From: Promethearchaeota archaeon
GTDB lineage: Archaea; Asgardarchaeota; Lokiarchaeia; Sigyniarchaeales; SOKP01
Reading direction: 5' to 3'
DNA length: 64,000 nucleotides
Assembly (NCBI GenBank): GCA_048938005.1
Contig: JBHLMQ010000009.1
Coordinates: 32,001 to 96,000 of the forward strand
Part shown: piece after piece, positions 1 through 9,960 of the stretch
Layout of the letters: each line of letters opens with the position of its first letter
How positions within the stretch are numbered: position 1 is the first letter of the stretch
Notes under the pieces: generated by a model
The model's input: only the letters and a program-made list of their open reading frames with translations
Told to the model about the DNA's origin: nothing
The model's database searches: none
Position numbers and translations under genes: made by a program

Positions 1-1
1 G

Positions 2-412
2 TCTATCTATAATTTCAATTTTAGAAAACCGTTCAAGTATTATACAAAAAATTATCGTAATGGATGGCAATCGTGCTTGGATTTCACTAAAATATTGGAG
101 AATTTGATCCATTTTTGTTTCAGATATAAAGATTATTATTGCCTCAGCTCCATTATAAAAAACTGTTCGTAAATAGGCTCTTTGTTGTCTACAATCAATA
201 TTCCATAAAAGAAATTCAAATTTTTCACATTTTTTAAACGAAAAATCAATTTTGCTTATATTAACACCAATATTTTGCTTGTTTTCTATAGGCAAGGAAT
301 TTGAACTAATTTCTTTTTGAAACTCATCCTTATACTTTTCGGTTCCTCCTAAGATACAAATTTTTTTCTTGAAAAAATGTTTTTTTTGGATTGGAGTTTC
401 TAAAGAGCTCAT
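2..412 (-). CDS. Rab/Ras-fold pseudo-GTPase, N-terminal part (runs off the left edge; not in ORF track)
   Basis: Manual translation from ATG at 412: MSSLETPIQKKHFFKKKICILGGTEKYKDEFQKEISSNSLPIENKQNIGVNISKIDFSFKKCEKFEFLLWNIDCRQQRAYLRTVFYNGAEAIIIFISE..., open to the edge. It is collinear with Rab KIxxxG / TIGVDF / LWDTAGQERF...YYRGA.GIIL, but G1 and G3 are degenerate. Confidence 0.7.
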   Translation of the reverse strand, partial: MSSLETPIQKKHFFKKKICILGGTEKYKDEFQKEISSNSLPIENKQNIGVNISKIDFSFKKCEKFEFLLWNIDCRQQRAYLRTVFYNGAEAIIIFISETKMDQILQYFSEIQARLPSITIIFCIILERFSKIEIIDR

Positions 413-531
413 TTTGCCATCCTCTAGATGTAACAAAGTTTAGGCTAAATCCATTAAATAATAAATTTATTTAATTTATTTAATTTATTCTTTTTAATAC
501 GTGTATTAGTTTTTAATATAATGAATTAGCG

Positions 532-951
532 ATGAAGAGATTAGAAGAATTCTTGAAGAAAATTCACAATCCGAAGAACAAGATCCCAGAATATGCAACA
601 ATAATAGTTCGTCCTGGCAAAAAACTGCTTGATTTTAAAATAAAAAAAGAAGAAGCAAATATCTTAAAAGTGATTGCTCATGATCAAAAATCATCTGGAT
701 GGTTTCTACATTCTGTTCATATTCCATTAAAGAATTTAGGTTTATCTTATGATTCAAAAAATAAAGAAATATTAGATTATTTATCTGAACCAAGTAGAAT
801 TACAAGTAATAAGTTTACAAAACAATACATGGAAGATTTAGTAAGAAAATATGTAGATATTTTACCAGAAAAAAAGAAACATTTTTTTAAAACCGAACGA
901 TTTAAGAAAAAGAAAGAATTTAAAACTGGTACTCAATTAAAAGGATTTTAA
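532..951 (+). CDS. hypothetical basic protein
   Basis: 139-aa ORF with typical composition; its stop abuts the convergent stop at 952. Confidence 0.6.
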   Translation: MKRLEEFLKKIHNPKNKIPEYATIIVRPGKKLLDFKIKKEEANILKVIAHDQKSSGWFLHSVHIPLKNLGLSYDSKNKEILDYLSEPSRITSNKFTKQYMEDLVRKYVDILPEKKKHFFKTERFKKKKEFKTGTQLKGF

Positions 952-1284
952 TTATTTTATTTTAGATCCTGGGGGAATTGGTTTTCTCTCATCTATTTTT
1001 AACAGAAAAGGTTCATTATTGAGATCAACAGCAAGTAACATACCCTTACTTTCAACACCCATTATTTTTCGGGGTTTTAAATTTGTTAATACAATTATCT
1101 TTTGATCAATCAAATCTTCTGGTGAATAATAGCGAGCAATTCCAGTAACAATTTGCCTTAGGTCTATCTCTCCACAATCCACCATTAATTTATAGAGATT
1201 CTTTGATTTAGGTACTTGTTGGCATTTTTTTATCAACCCCACTCTAATATCTAATTTTAAAAATTCCTCATAATCAATCTGCAT
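952..1284 (-). CDS. tRNA-binding OB-fold protein (Trbp111/CsaA/MetRS C-terminal-like)
   Basis: FLKLDIRVG, LYKLMVDCG, RQIVTGIA, NLKPRKIMGVESKGMLL motifs. Confidence 0.9.
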   Translation of the reverse strand: MQIDYEEFLKLDIRVGLIKKCQQVPKSKNLYKLMVDCGEIDLRQIVTGIARYYSPEDLIDQKIIVLTNLKPRKIMGVESKGMLLAVDLNNEPFLLKIDERKPIPPGSKIK

Positions 1285-1290
1285 TAAATT

Positions 1291-2157
1291 CTAACCTTTT
1301 AATGGCATTCCATTTGAATTAACAAATTCTTTAGTTTTTAATTTCTTTTCTCGATATGGATTTTTCATATTTTTAATTTTTTTTCCGAAGGTTAAATAAC
1401 CTGTATGGCCAATCATTCTTATTTCTGGTCGAGTTGCGTTTTCCTTTACTTGGATTTTTCTTTTTATTAACTCATATGTATTTATCTCAATAAAATCATT
1501 AATCTTCATTGCTGATACTGTTTTTTTAACTTGTTCGATTGTGGGAGAAAAAGATACAAGTGTACCACTGAATTTTAGATAATATTTAATTTTTTCAACT
1601 GCATTCCAAGGAGTTGCCATATCTAAGACAATAGCATCAACATTTTTTTGGTCAAAAGAATCTTTTAATATATCTCCAAATTGTATTGTTACAACATCAT
1701 CTAGTTTTGCTTTTATTACATTTAATTTCGCTCTTTTAAGTGATTTTTCATTGATATCATATGAGTAGATATGCCCATTTGGGCGAACAAAATTTCCGAG
1801 TATGCATGTTAGGGCTCCAGAACCACATCCCGCTTCAATAACTACACTTCCCGGTCCGATTCCCGAAAAAAGTAAAATCATTCCGGCATCTTCAGGATAA
1901 ATAATTTGAGTTTTCCGAGCCATATGAATAATATAATCAGATGGTAAAGGTTTTAACACATAAAACTTATATCCTTGAGTTTCAAAAGGTCTCGAAAAAA
2001 CAACTGAACCATAGTTCTTTCCAATTATATCATTGAACTCAATAATCCCTTTATGTGTATGAAACATGCCGCCAGATTTCACTTGAACTAGCCATCTTCT
2101 TTTTTCGTCAAGTATCAAAAAGATTAAATCATTTTCTTTAATTATTTCGGAGTTCAT
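1291..2157 (-). CDS. trmI: tRNA (adenine-57/58-N1)-methyltransferase TrmI
   Basis: FHTHKG, RKTQIIYPEDA, EAGCGSGALT, LDMATPW, FSPTIEQV, GHTGYL motifs. Confidence 0.93.
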   Translation of the reverse strand: MNSEIIKENDLIFLILDEKRRWLVQVKSGGMFHTHKGIIEFNDIIGKNYGSVVFSRPFETQGYKFYVLKPLPSDYIIHMARKTQIIYPEDAGMILLFSGIGPGSVVIEAGCGSGALTCILGNFVRPNGHIYSYDINEKSLKRAKLNVIKAKLDDVVTIQFGDILKDSFDQKNVDAIVLDMATPWNAVEKIKYYLKFSGTLVSFSPTIEQVKKTVSAMKINDFIEINTYELIKRKIQVKENATRPEIRMIGHTGYLTFGKKIKNMKNPYREKKLKTKEFVNSNGMPLKG

Positions 2158-2329
2158 TTCAAATATTATCTTTTTTTGTTCCTAAAGTATCTAAATCTTT
2201 AATTCTTTATAAGAAGGCTTTGTTTTATTATTAATTTATTTACAAAAAATATTTAAAAAATCTATAACTCTCAAATATATTAAACTTATAAAAAACCTTT
2301 TTTATAAATACTCTTTAATGAATTAATTT

Positions 2330-3247
2330 ATGAGTAGAGAGAGACCCCATAGCGCTCAAACATCTCGAACATCTTTCAGAGACCTTCAGTTCCAAATTGA
2401 AGATTTACGGCAAAAAAGAGATGAATTAAATAAGAAAACAAAACAATACATCAATGATCTCCAAGAAATTGAAACAGAAATTACAAACTCTCTAAAAATT
2501 GCTAAGGAAAAATACAAAAAGAAAAGAGATTACTGGAATAACAAAGTTAAACAATTAAAAGAAAAAAAAATTGAATACAAGACTCTATTAGATAATTTAA
2601 TAGAAAATAAGAGAAATTTACAAAAATTAGAAACAGATACTGGAGATAACAAACAAATTTTCTCTATTAAACAAATTGAACGTAAAATAGATAATTTAGA
2701 GAGAAGAATTGAAACTGAAAAACTTGACATTATTGAAGAAAATGCTTTAATTGATAAAATACAGGAATTAGCAGCAGTGAAATCAGAATTTTTATCAGAA
2801 CAAAGGAATAGTGATCTTTTTAAAATTGAGAGAAAAATCGAAATTGTAAAAATTAATCTGAATAAAATTTATGAGCAACTAAGCAAATGGTCGAATAAAT
2901 CTCAAGAAAATCACGCTAAAATGCTTGAAGAGTTTCAAAAAGTAGATAAATTAAAAGAAGAAAAGAAAAATCTCGAAGAAGAATTAATAGAAAATAAAAA
3001 AACAGCCGATCGATACCATGAACAATATCTAAAGGTTATGAACAGAAGTAAGAAAATATATAAAGGTAAAAAACCTTATAGACCAGGAAAAAAACCAACT
3101 TCAAAATTCAGTAAAATTACAGAAAAGAATGAAAGGCTTGAAAAGATTAAACAAGATAAACTAGCAACAGCATTAGAAAAACAAAAAGCAGGGAAAAAAT
3201 TGAATTTATTTGAAGCTAGATTAATTCTTGAGAAATCAAAAGAATAA
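2330..3247 (+). CDS. archaeal coiled-coil protein (COG1340-like)
   Basis: Long K/E heptad coiled coil; IERKIDNLERRIETEKLDIIEENALIDKIQEL and C-terminal GKKLNLFE. Confidence 0.7.
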   Translation: MSRERPHSAQTSRTSFRDLQFQIEDLRQKRDELNKKTKQYINDLQEIETEITNSLKIAKEKYKKKRDYWNNKVKQLKEKKIEYKTLLDNLIENKRNLQKLETDTGDNKQIFSIKQIERKIDNLERRIETEKLDIIEENALIDKIQELAAVKSEFLSEQRNSDLFKIERKIEIVKINLNKIYEQLSKWSNKSQENHAKMLEEFQKVDKLKEEKKNLEEELIENKKTADRYHEQYLKVMNRSKKIYKGKKPYRPGKKPTSKFSKITEKNERLEKIKQDKLATALEKQKAGKKLNLFEARLILEKSKE

Positions 3248-3420
3248 AGTCTTCTTAAATAATTACACATCTTTTACATATAACTATTTTAGGTAATTTT
3301 CATCATCTTTCTAATTAAAGAAATTTTATTAAAAAATTAGGAGATCTGAATAAGGTTAAAAAAAAATGTAGATTTATTATTTTAATAACCTTAAAAATTA
3401 ATGGAAAGGATTGATAAAAT

Positions 3421-4749
3421 TTGAAGAAAAAAGTAGCCGAAATCCGAAATCTTTTATTAGAGCATCATGAGTGGTTCCAGAGATCAATTCCTCTAATCGC
3501 TTCTGAAAATATCACTAGTCCTGCTGTTGACGAAGCTTGTGCATGCGATTTTTCACATCGTTATGCAGAAGGATGGAGTGGTCAACGTGTATATGCGGGG
3601 TGTAAATTTATAGATCAGATAGAGGATATCTGTATGGATCTTACTAAAGAATATTTTAAATGTATTCATGCTGATGTTCGTCCAGTATCCGGAGTTGTTG
3701 CAAACTTGGTTATGTATAATGCATTTACATCAGATAATAATGGTAAAATGTGCTGTATGTCTATTGTCCGGGGAGGACACATCTCACATGGTCCTAGGTT
3801 TGCAAAAAGTGGGAGAGAAATTTTTGGCACTGCTGGAACAACACGAGGAATAGATGTTGAATATTTGGCTTTTGATAACGATGAAATGAATCTTGATATT
3901 GATGCTTCTGCTAGAATTATCAGAGAATTTAAACCTGAATTAGTATTGTTCGGTGGTTCAGTATTTTTATTCCCTCACCCAGTTAAAGAGCTTGGTGATG
4001 TTGCGAAAGAGGTTGGAGCATATATTGGCTATGATGGGGCACATGTAGCTGGCTTGATTGGTTCTGGATATTTCCAAGACCCTTTAAGAGAAGGTGCAGA
4101 TGTCATGACAATGAGTACGCATAAAACGCTTCCAGGACCACAACATGGTGCTTTGGTATCCAATAGGGAAGATTTAATTGAAACTTTGAGATCCTGCGCT
4201 TTTCCAGCTTTACTTTCTAACCATCATCTTCATAATGTTGCTGGTTTAGCAATAGCAATAGCAGAAATGCTAGAATTTGGAAAAGAATACCATAAAAATG
4301 TCATTGAAAATGCTAAAGCTTTAGGACAAGCTTTAAATGAAGTAGGATTAAAAGTTTTAATGGAACATAAAGGCTTTACTGAATCTCACCAAATTGTTGT
4401 AGACATCACGGAATTTGAGAACAAAATTGGATTAGGTGGAGATATTGAGAAATTATTGGAAAAAGCAAACATTATCCTTAATCGCAATCTTTTACCCTAT
4501 GATATCGCAGCAGGGAGACATTATCAAAATCCAGGTGGTTTGAGAATAGGAACTTCTGAGGTTACTCGACTTGGTATGGGAAAAAGTGAAATGGTTGATA
4601 TCGCTGAATTTTTTAAAAAGCTCTTAATTGATAAAAAAGATCCTATAAAAGTAAAAAATGAAGTAGCGGAATTTCGAAAGGATTTCCGAGAAATAAAATA
4701 TTGCTTTCAATCTCCAAGCAAAGCATATGAATATTTGAGGTTTTATTAA
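3421..4749 (+). CDS. glyA: serine hydroxymethyltransferase (archaeal type)
   Basis: LIASEN, RYAEG, GGHISH, DGAHVAGLI, STHKTLPGPQHG (PLP lysine), GLRIGT. Confidence 0.96.
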   Translation: MKKKVAEIRNLLLEHHEWFQRSIPLIASENITSPAVDEACACDFSHRYAEGWSGQRVYAGCKFIDQIEDICMDLTKEYFKCIHADVRPVSGVVANLVMYNAFTSDNNGKMCCMSIVRGGHISHGPRFAKSGREIFGTAGTTRGIDVEYLAFDNDEMNLDIDASARIIREFKPELVLFGGSVFLFPHPVKELGDVAKEVGAYIGYDGAHVAGLIGSGYFQDPLREGADVMTMSTHKTLPGPQHGALVSNREDLIETLRSCAFPALLSNHHLHNVAGLAIAIAEMLEFGKEYHKNVIENAKALGQALNEVGLKVLMEHKGFTESHQIVVDITEFENKIGLGGDIEKLLEKANIILNRNLLPYDIAAGRHYQNPGGLRIGTSEVTRLGMGKSEMVDIAEFFKKLLIDKKDPIKVKNEVAEFRKDFREIKYCFQSPSKAYEYLRFY

Positions 4750-4839
4750 TAATTAGTATTCTTATTTTTTATCAGAATAATAAAACTTATCTTACAGTAT
4801 TCATTTAGGACTTATTATAATTTTAAATGAATAAAAGTC

Positions 4840-5673
4840 ATGAGTATCGAACTTCTTGAAAAAACAGATCGTAATTTGAAATTTGTAGTAGAAGGGATAT
4901 CTATTGATATGGCAAACGCTATTCGTAGAATCATCCTTTCTGAAATCCCAGTTATGGCTATTGATGAGGTAATCATATTAAAGAATGATTCACCACTATA
5001 TGATGAGATAATAGCTCATCGTTTAGGCTTATTACCTTTAAAAACGGATTTAGAGGTGTATAAGTTACCTCGTGAGTGTGAGTGTGGTGGATATGGCTGT
5101 CCTCTTTGTCAAGTTTCCTTAACATGTGAAGTTACAAATACCACAAACGCTCCTTTAGAGATTTATTCAGGTGACCTAAAATCAAATGACCCAAAAATTG
5201 TTCCTGTTGATCCTAATATTCCACTTGTGAAAATTGATAAAAATGATAAAGTGATAATTGAAGCTTATGCAATATTAGGTTTGGCAAAAGAACATGTTAA
5301 ATGGCAAGCAATTTCAAACATTTTCTATAGATTTTATCCCCAAATCGATTTCGATGATACTAAATGTGATAAATGCCCAGATAAATGCATTGTATCAAGT
5401 ATGTGTCCTGAAAGATTATATGATTTTTCAAATAAAAAAACACCAATATTGCTAGAAGATTATTGGAAAACATGCACGCTTTGCAATTCTTGCCAGAAAG
5501 AGTGCCCACAAGTTGCTATAAAAGTAGGTTGGAAAGATAATACTTATTTATTTTCAATTGAGAGTGATGGAGTTCTTGGATTTGATGTTATTTTGAAAAA
5601 AACATTTGAGATTTTTTTAGAGAAAATAGATGAATTTGTTGAAAAACTTGAAGAAGTAGAGATAGAATCGTGA
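4840..5673 (+). CDS. rpo3: DNA-directed RNA polymerase subunit Rpo3 (D) with ferredoxin-like domain
   Basis: ANAIRRIILSEIPVMAIDEV, DEIIAHRLGLLP, KEHVKWQ, CTLCNSCQKECP; located before rpl18e. Confidence 0.95.
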   Translation: MSIELLEKTDRNLKFVVEGISIDMANAIRRIILSEIPVMAIDEVIILKNDSPLYDEIIAHRLGLLPLKTDLEVYKLPRECECGGYGCPLCQVSLTCEVTNTTNAPLEIYSGDLKSNDPKIVPVDPNIPLVKIDKNDKVIIEAYAILGLAKEHVKWQAISNIFYRFYPQIDFDDTKCDKCPDKCIVSSMCPERLYDFSNKKTPILLEDYWKTCTLCNSCQKECPQVAIKVGWKDNTYLFSIESDGVLGFDVILKKTFEIFLEKIDEFVEKLEEVEIES

Positions 5674-5750
5674 ACTATCAAAAAATTATTAAAATATTAA
5701 AAATTTAAGATATCAGATTAAATGAAATTAAAAGAGAGTAGATCTTTCTA

Positions 5751-6107
5751 ATGTCTCATAAAATAACCGGGCCGTCAAATTTTTATGTGAGAAAGTTGAT
5801 TAGAGATTTATGGAAGACTAAGATAAAAATATGGAAGACCCTATCTAAAAAATTGAGTGGTCCAAGAAGGAACAGAGTCAAGGCAAATTTATACCATATT
5901 AATAAGAAGACAAATAAAAATGATATAATAGTTATTCCTGGGAAAATTCTAGGGCTGGGTGAATTAGATCATTCTCTTACAATAGCGTGCTTAGAATATT
6001 CAAAATCAGCGAAGCAAAAAATTGAATCTTCAGGTAGCAAACTATTAACAATTGAAGAATTATTAGTGCAAAATCCCAAAGGTAGTGGGATAAGGATTTT
6101 TTATTAA
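5751..6107 (+). CDS. rpl18e: 50S ribosomal protein L18e (eL18)
   Basis: PRRNRVKANL, VIPGKILGLG, SKSAKQKIE, NPKGSGIRI; operon context. Confidence 0.93.
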   Translation: MSHKITGPSNFYVRKLIRDLWKTKIKIWKTLSKKLSGPRRNRVKANLYHINKKTNKNDIIVIPGKILGLGELDHSLTIACLEYSKSAKQKIESSGSKLLTIEELLVQNPKGSGIRIFY

Positions 6108-6141
6108 AATATTAATTATCATATTTAGATGATGTAAGTCC

Positions 6142-6615
6142 ATGGTAATCGAATATCAGTTATATGATGCAAAAGATAAAATTTTAGGAAGATTCTGTAG
6201 TCAAATTGCTAAAAAGGCTTTATTGGGTGAGTACATAGTAATCATCAATGCAAAGGATGCGATTATTAGTGGTACAAAAAGAGATATTCATGAAAAACAT
6301 TTAGCAAAATTAAACGTTTCGACAGCAACTAATCCACGGAGAGGACCATTTCATGAAAGAAGACCGGACACTTTTATGAGAAGAGTTATAAAACAAATGC
6401 TACCAAGAAAGAAGCTTCGAGGAAAAGAAGCTCTTAAGAGAGTACATGTATATATATCGGATATTCCAGAACGATTTAAAAATAAGTATCAAAAACTTAT
6501 ACCGAATGAAATCTATAATGTGGATAAAAAGCGTCTTTCATATTATAATAGATATATTACCTTAGAAAATCTATGCCGACGAATAGGTTGGAAACAAACT
6601 GAGATTGAGGTTTAA
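6142..6615 (+). CDS. rpl13: 50S ribosomal protein L13 (uL13)
   Basis: DAKDKILGR, NPRRGPFHERRPD, MLPRKK..GKEALKR. Confidence 0.94.
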   Translation: MVIEYQLYDAKDKILGRFCSQIAKKALLGEYIVIINAKDAIISGTKRDIHEKHLAKLNVSTATNPRRGPFHERRPDTFMRRVIKQMLPRKKLRGKEALKRVHVYISDIPERFKNKYQKLIPNEIYNVDKKRLSYYNRYITLENLCRRIGWKQTEIEV

Positions 6616-6618
6616 GAA

Positions 6619-7029
6619 ATGTCAATGAAGGTAGTTCAAGCATCGGGCAAAAGAAAATCTGCTATCGCTAGAGCTGTTTTAAGACATCCAGCAAAAGGTC
6701 AAATAAAAATAAATAATGTTCCTTTACAATTATACGAACCAGAAATAGCTCGCTTAAGGATTCAAGAAGTACTTGAAATAATCAATCATCCTAAAATTGA
6801 AAAATGCGATATCAATGTTCGAGTTCAAGGTGGGGGGATTATGGGGAGAACAGATGCAGTTAGAATAGCAATAGCTAAATCTGTAAACAAATTTATAGGG
6901 ACAAAAACTATCGAACGAACGTTTAGAGAATATGATGATTCCCTATTGAGTGGAGACTCGAGAAGAACTGAACCAAAGAAGTTTGGTGGCAAGAAGCCGA
7001 GGGCTCGAAGGCAAAAAAGCTTCCGTTAA
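6619..7029 (+). CDS. rps9: 30S ribosomal protein S9 (uS9)
   Basis: GKRKSAIARA, VQGGGIMG, DSRRTEPKKFGG, ARRQKSFR. Confidence 0.96.
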   Translation: MSMKVVQASGKRKSAIARAVLRHPAKGQIKINNVPLQLYEPEIARLRIQEVLEIINHPKIEKCDINVRVQGGGIMGRTDAVRIAIAKSVNKFIGTKTIERTFREYDDSLLSGDSRRTEPKKFGGKKPRARRQKSFR

Positions 7030-7036
7030 ATTTTTA

Positions 7037-8353
7037 TTAACTAATTTCTGTATGAGCCCCTAATTCTTTTAAATCTTCAAAAAAAGAAGGGTAAGAATCT
7101 TTAACAATATCGCTATTTTGAATATAAGAGCTCGAATCAGCGTATAAAGCTGCAATACTACAAGCCATTGCTATTCTATGATCATTATTATGATCAATTT
7201 TAATTCCATTGAATTTTTCAGTATGAAATATTGTTAATTTATTATCTTCTTCAATAACATCAACTCCCATTTTACGTAATTCGCGAGCCATAGCAGAAAT
7301 TCTATCAGTCTCTTTTAATCGCAGATTAGAAGCATTATAGAGAATTGTTTTTCCCTCCGCAAAAGCTCCGATAACAGATAATATTGGAAATAAATCAGGA
7401 ATATCAGTACAATCAATTTCAATACCTTTTAATGGATTATCCTTTATGTTTCCATTTATAATTACTTGGTTTTTTTCATCATCAATTTTGATATTTGCAC
7501 CCATTTCAGAAAGGATTTCAAGGATTTTTTTATCTCCTTGATAAATCTTAGTGCTTAAGTTATTAATAATTATAAATGAAGGATTTTGAGATAAAACACC
7601 TGCTACCATAATATTTGCTGCAGAAGAAAAATCTCCTGGAATGGTAAATGACTGGGATCTATAAGTTTGTTCATTAGTTATGTAAAATTTTCCACTTTCA
7701 AAATTTGCTTGAATATTAATACCAAATGTATTTAGTACATCTAAAGTGATATCAATAAAAGGTTTTGAGGCTAATGGAGTTGTTACTTCGATTTCAAAAT
7801 AGTCTTTTTTTTCACATTTTAAAAGAGGACACAATATTAGCAAAGCAGTTATAAACTGTGAACTTATATCTCCATGAATCTTAATTTTATCACACAAAAC
7901 TCTCTTACTTTTGATTTTAAGTTTATCACCTGATAATTTGAATCTTCCTCCTAATTTTTCAAGTGCTTCGAGGAGTGGAAGAATTGGTCTTTTATTTCTT
8001 AAAAAATCTCCTTTTAAGGTAAGTCCTCCCTCAACTAACAAACTTAAAGCACTAAAAATTCTTAATGTTGTTCCAGAGTTTCCGCAATCTAGAGGTTTTT
8101 TATAAGATTTGAAAGCATTTTTATCACGTTTAACAATATAAGTATTATCACTTTTTTCTAGAATTTTAACTCCTAAGGCTTTTAATATGCTTATTGTAAC
8201 TCCAACATCTCCAATTGTTAAGGGATTTTTAATTATTGAAATTCCATCAGCGAGACTAGCAGCGATAAATGCTCTATGAGAATAACTTTTAGAGCTCGGT
8301 GCCGTGATTTCACCACTTAAAGCATTAGTTATAGGATTAATTTTAAGATTCAT
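7037..8353 (-). CDS. aroA: 3-phosphoshikimate 1-carboxyvinyltransferase (EPSP synthase)
   Basis: PSSKSYSHRA, DCGNSGTTLR, SSQFITAL, GDFSSAA, LRLKETDRI, DHRIAM. Confidence 0.95.
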   Translation of the reverse strand: MNLKINPITNALSGEITAPSSKSYSHRAFIAASLADGISIIKNPLTIGDVGVTISILKALGVKILEKSDNTYIVKRDKNAFKSYKKPLDCGNSGTTLRIFSALSLLVEGGLTLKGDFLRNKRPILPLLEALEKLGGRFKLSGDKLKIKSKRVLCDKIKIHGDISSQFITALLILCPLLKCEKKDYFEIEVTTPLASKPFIDITLDVLNTFGINIQANFESGKFYITNEQTYRSQSFTIPGDFSSAANIMVAGVLSQNPSFIIINNLSTKIYQGDKKILEILSEMGANIKIDDEKNQVIINGNIKDNPLKGIEIDCTDIPDLFPILSVIGAFAEGKTILYNASNLRLKETDRISAMARELRKMGVDVIEEDNKLTIFHTEKFNGIKIDHNNDHRIAMACSIAALYADSSSYIQNSDIVKDSYPSFFEDLKELGAHTEIS

Positions 8354-8434
8354 TAATTAATAAATAGAAATTTATAGATATAATATTAATTAAATAATCA
8401 TATAAGATTATTATCCGATTAAACCTTAATTGTC

Positions 8435-9544
8435 GTGAAAATTATGGATAATTCATTTGGTTCTATCTTTAAAATAATTTCATTTGGGGAAAGTCATGGA
8501 AATGTAGTAGGGATTATAGTAGACGGGGTACCTGCTGGCTTAGAATTCGATTTAGAAATTATCCAAAATGAACTTAATATGAGAAGACCCGGTCAATCAC
8601 ATTTAACCACAACCCGTCTTGAGAAGGATCGAGTTATGGTTTTATCCGGTATTTTCAATAACAAGACAACGGGAGCACCCATTTGTTTAGTAATTGAAAA
8701 TAAAGATATTGATTCATCAATATATGAAAAATATAAAAAATTCTTGCGACCATCACATGTAGATTATTCTGCATTAAAAAAATATTGTGGATATTCTGAT
8801 TATCGAGGATCAGGACGATTTTCAGGGAGAATAACAGCAGGATTCGTTATGGCTGGTGCAATAGCAAAAAAAATATTAAAAAAATATGGTATCATGATAT
8901 TTGCCTATACAACAAGTATTGGAAATATCATTGATGATGTAAATCATCCTATAAATAAATTAGAAAGGTTATTTGAGCTAAGAGAGAATTCTCTTGTTAG
9001 ATCGATTAACCATGAAAAATCGAAGTTAATGCAACAATTGGTTGAAAAGGTTAGAGATCAAAAGGATTCTATTGGTGGAACGATAAAATGTATTGTTAAA
9101 AATTTTCCAGAAGGCAAGGGAGGACCTATTTTCAATGGCATTGAGTCAAATATAAGTAAGGCAATTTTTGCGATTCCCGCAATAAAAGGAATAGAGTTCG
9201 GTGCTGGTTTTAAAGCCGCCAGAATGAAAGGTTCTGAGCATAATGACCCTTGGATTTTGAAAGATGGAAAAATCCAAACAACTAAAAATGATGCTGGGGG
9301 AATAATTGGTGGAATCTCAACTGGAATGCCAATTGAATTTACTGTTGCAGTTAAACCAACTGCTTCTATAGGTATCCTTCAAAAGACTGTAAATATTCAG
9401 ACGATGGAAAATGTAGAAATTGAATTTTCTGGTCGGAATGATCCATGTATCGTACCTAGAATAATTCCAGTCATAGAAGCTATGACAGCAAATGTTTTAC
9501 TAGATTGTTTATTAATTGAAGGTTATATTCCTAGGGTTTTATAA
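8435..9544 (+). CDS. aroC: chorismate synthase
   Basis: FGESHG, RRPGQ, TTGAPI, RPSHVD, GRFSGRIT, GGISTG, GRNDPCIVPR. Confidence 0.95.
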   Translation: MKIMDNSFGSIFKIISFGESHGNVVGIIVDGVPAGLEFDLEIIQNELNMRRPGQSHLTTTRLEKDRVMVLSGIFNNKTTGAPICLVIENKDIDSSIYEKYKKFLRPSHVDYSALKKYCGYSDYRGSGRFSGRITAGFVMAGAIAKKILKKYGIMIFAYTTSIGNIIDDVNHPINKLERLFELRENSLVRSINHEKSKLMQQLVEKVRDQKDSIGGTIKCIVKNFPEGKGGPIFNGIESNISKAIFAIPAIKGIEFGAGFKAARMKGSEHNDPWILKDGKIQTTKNDAGGIIGGISTGMPIEFTVAVKPTASIGILQKTVNIQTMENVEIEFSGRNDPCIVPRIIPVIEAMTANVLLDCLLIEGYIPRVL

Positions 9545-9642
9545 ATCATAAGAGGCAGTAGTCCACTTTAATCATTATTATATTCAAAACAAAGATTAAA
9601 ATTTATTGATAATAATTAGAGTACAATAAGGAGTGAATTAAA

Positions 9643-9891
9643 ATGTCTGGATCAGTTCAAGAAAAATTGATCGAAGAAGTCATCAAAATAATAGACAGAT
9701 GGTCCTTTGAACAGTGTGCTCATTGTGAAAATGGAACGCTAATTTCAATTGATGGAATGCTAGATTTCAAATGTAGTAAATGTGGAAAAACCATGAATCC
9801 TGCTGAATATTTAGGAGAAATTGCCAAATCTGTTTTTCATTATAGAGAAAAAATATCAAGCAATCAAGGCTCACAGAATACGGAATACTAA
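9643..9891 (+). CDS. small Zn-ribbon protein
   Basis: CAHC...CSKC pair; GGAGTGA SD-like sequence upstream. Confidence 0.65.
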   Translation: MSGSVQEKLIEEVIKIIDRWSFEQCAHCENGTLISIDGMLDFKCSKCGKTMNPAEYLGEIAKSVFHYREKISSNQGSQNTEY

Positions 9892-9960
9892 ATTCTTCAT
9901 TTATTTGAAAATTGAGGCTTTTTTAATATAAATTTACAACAGTTTAAGTAAATTATTAAG

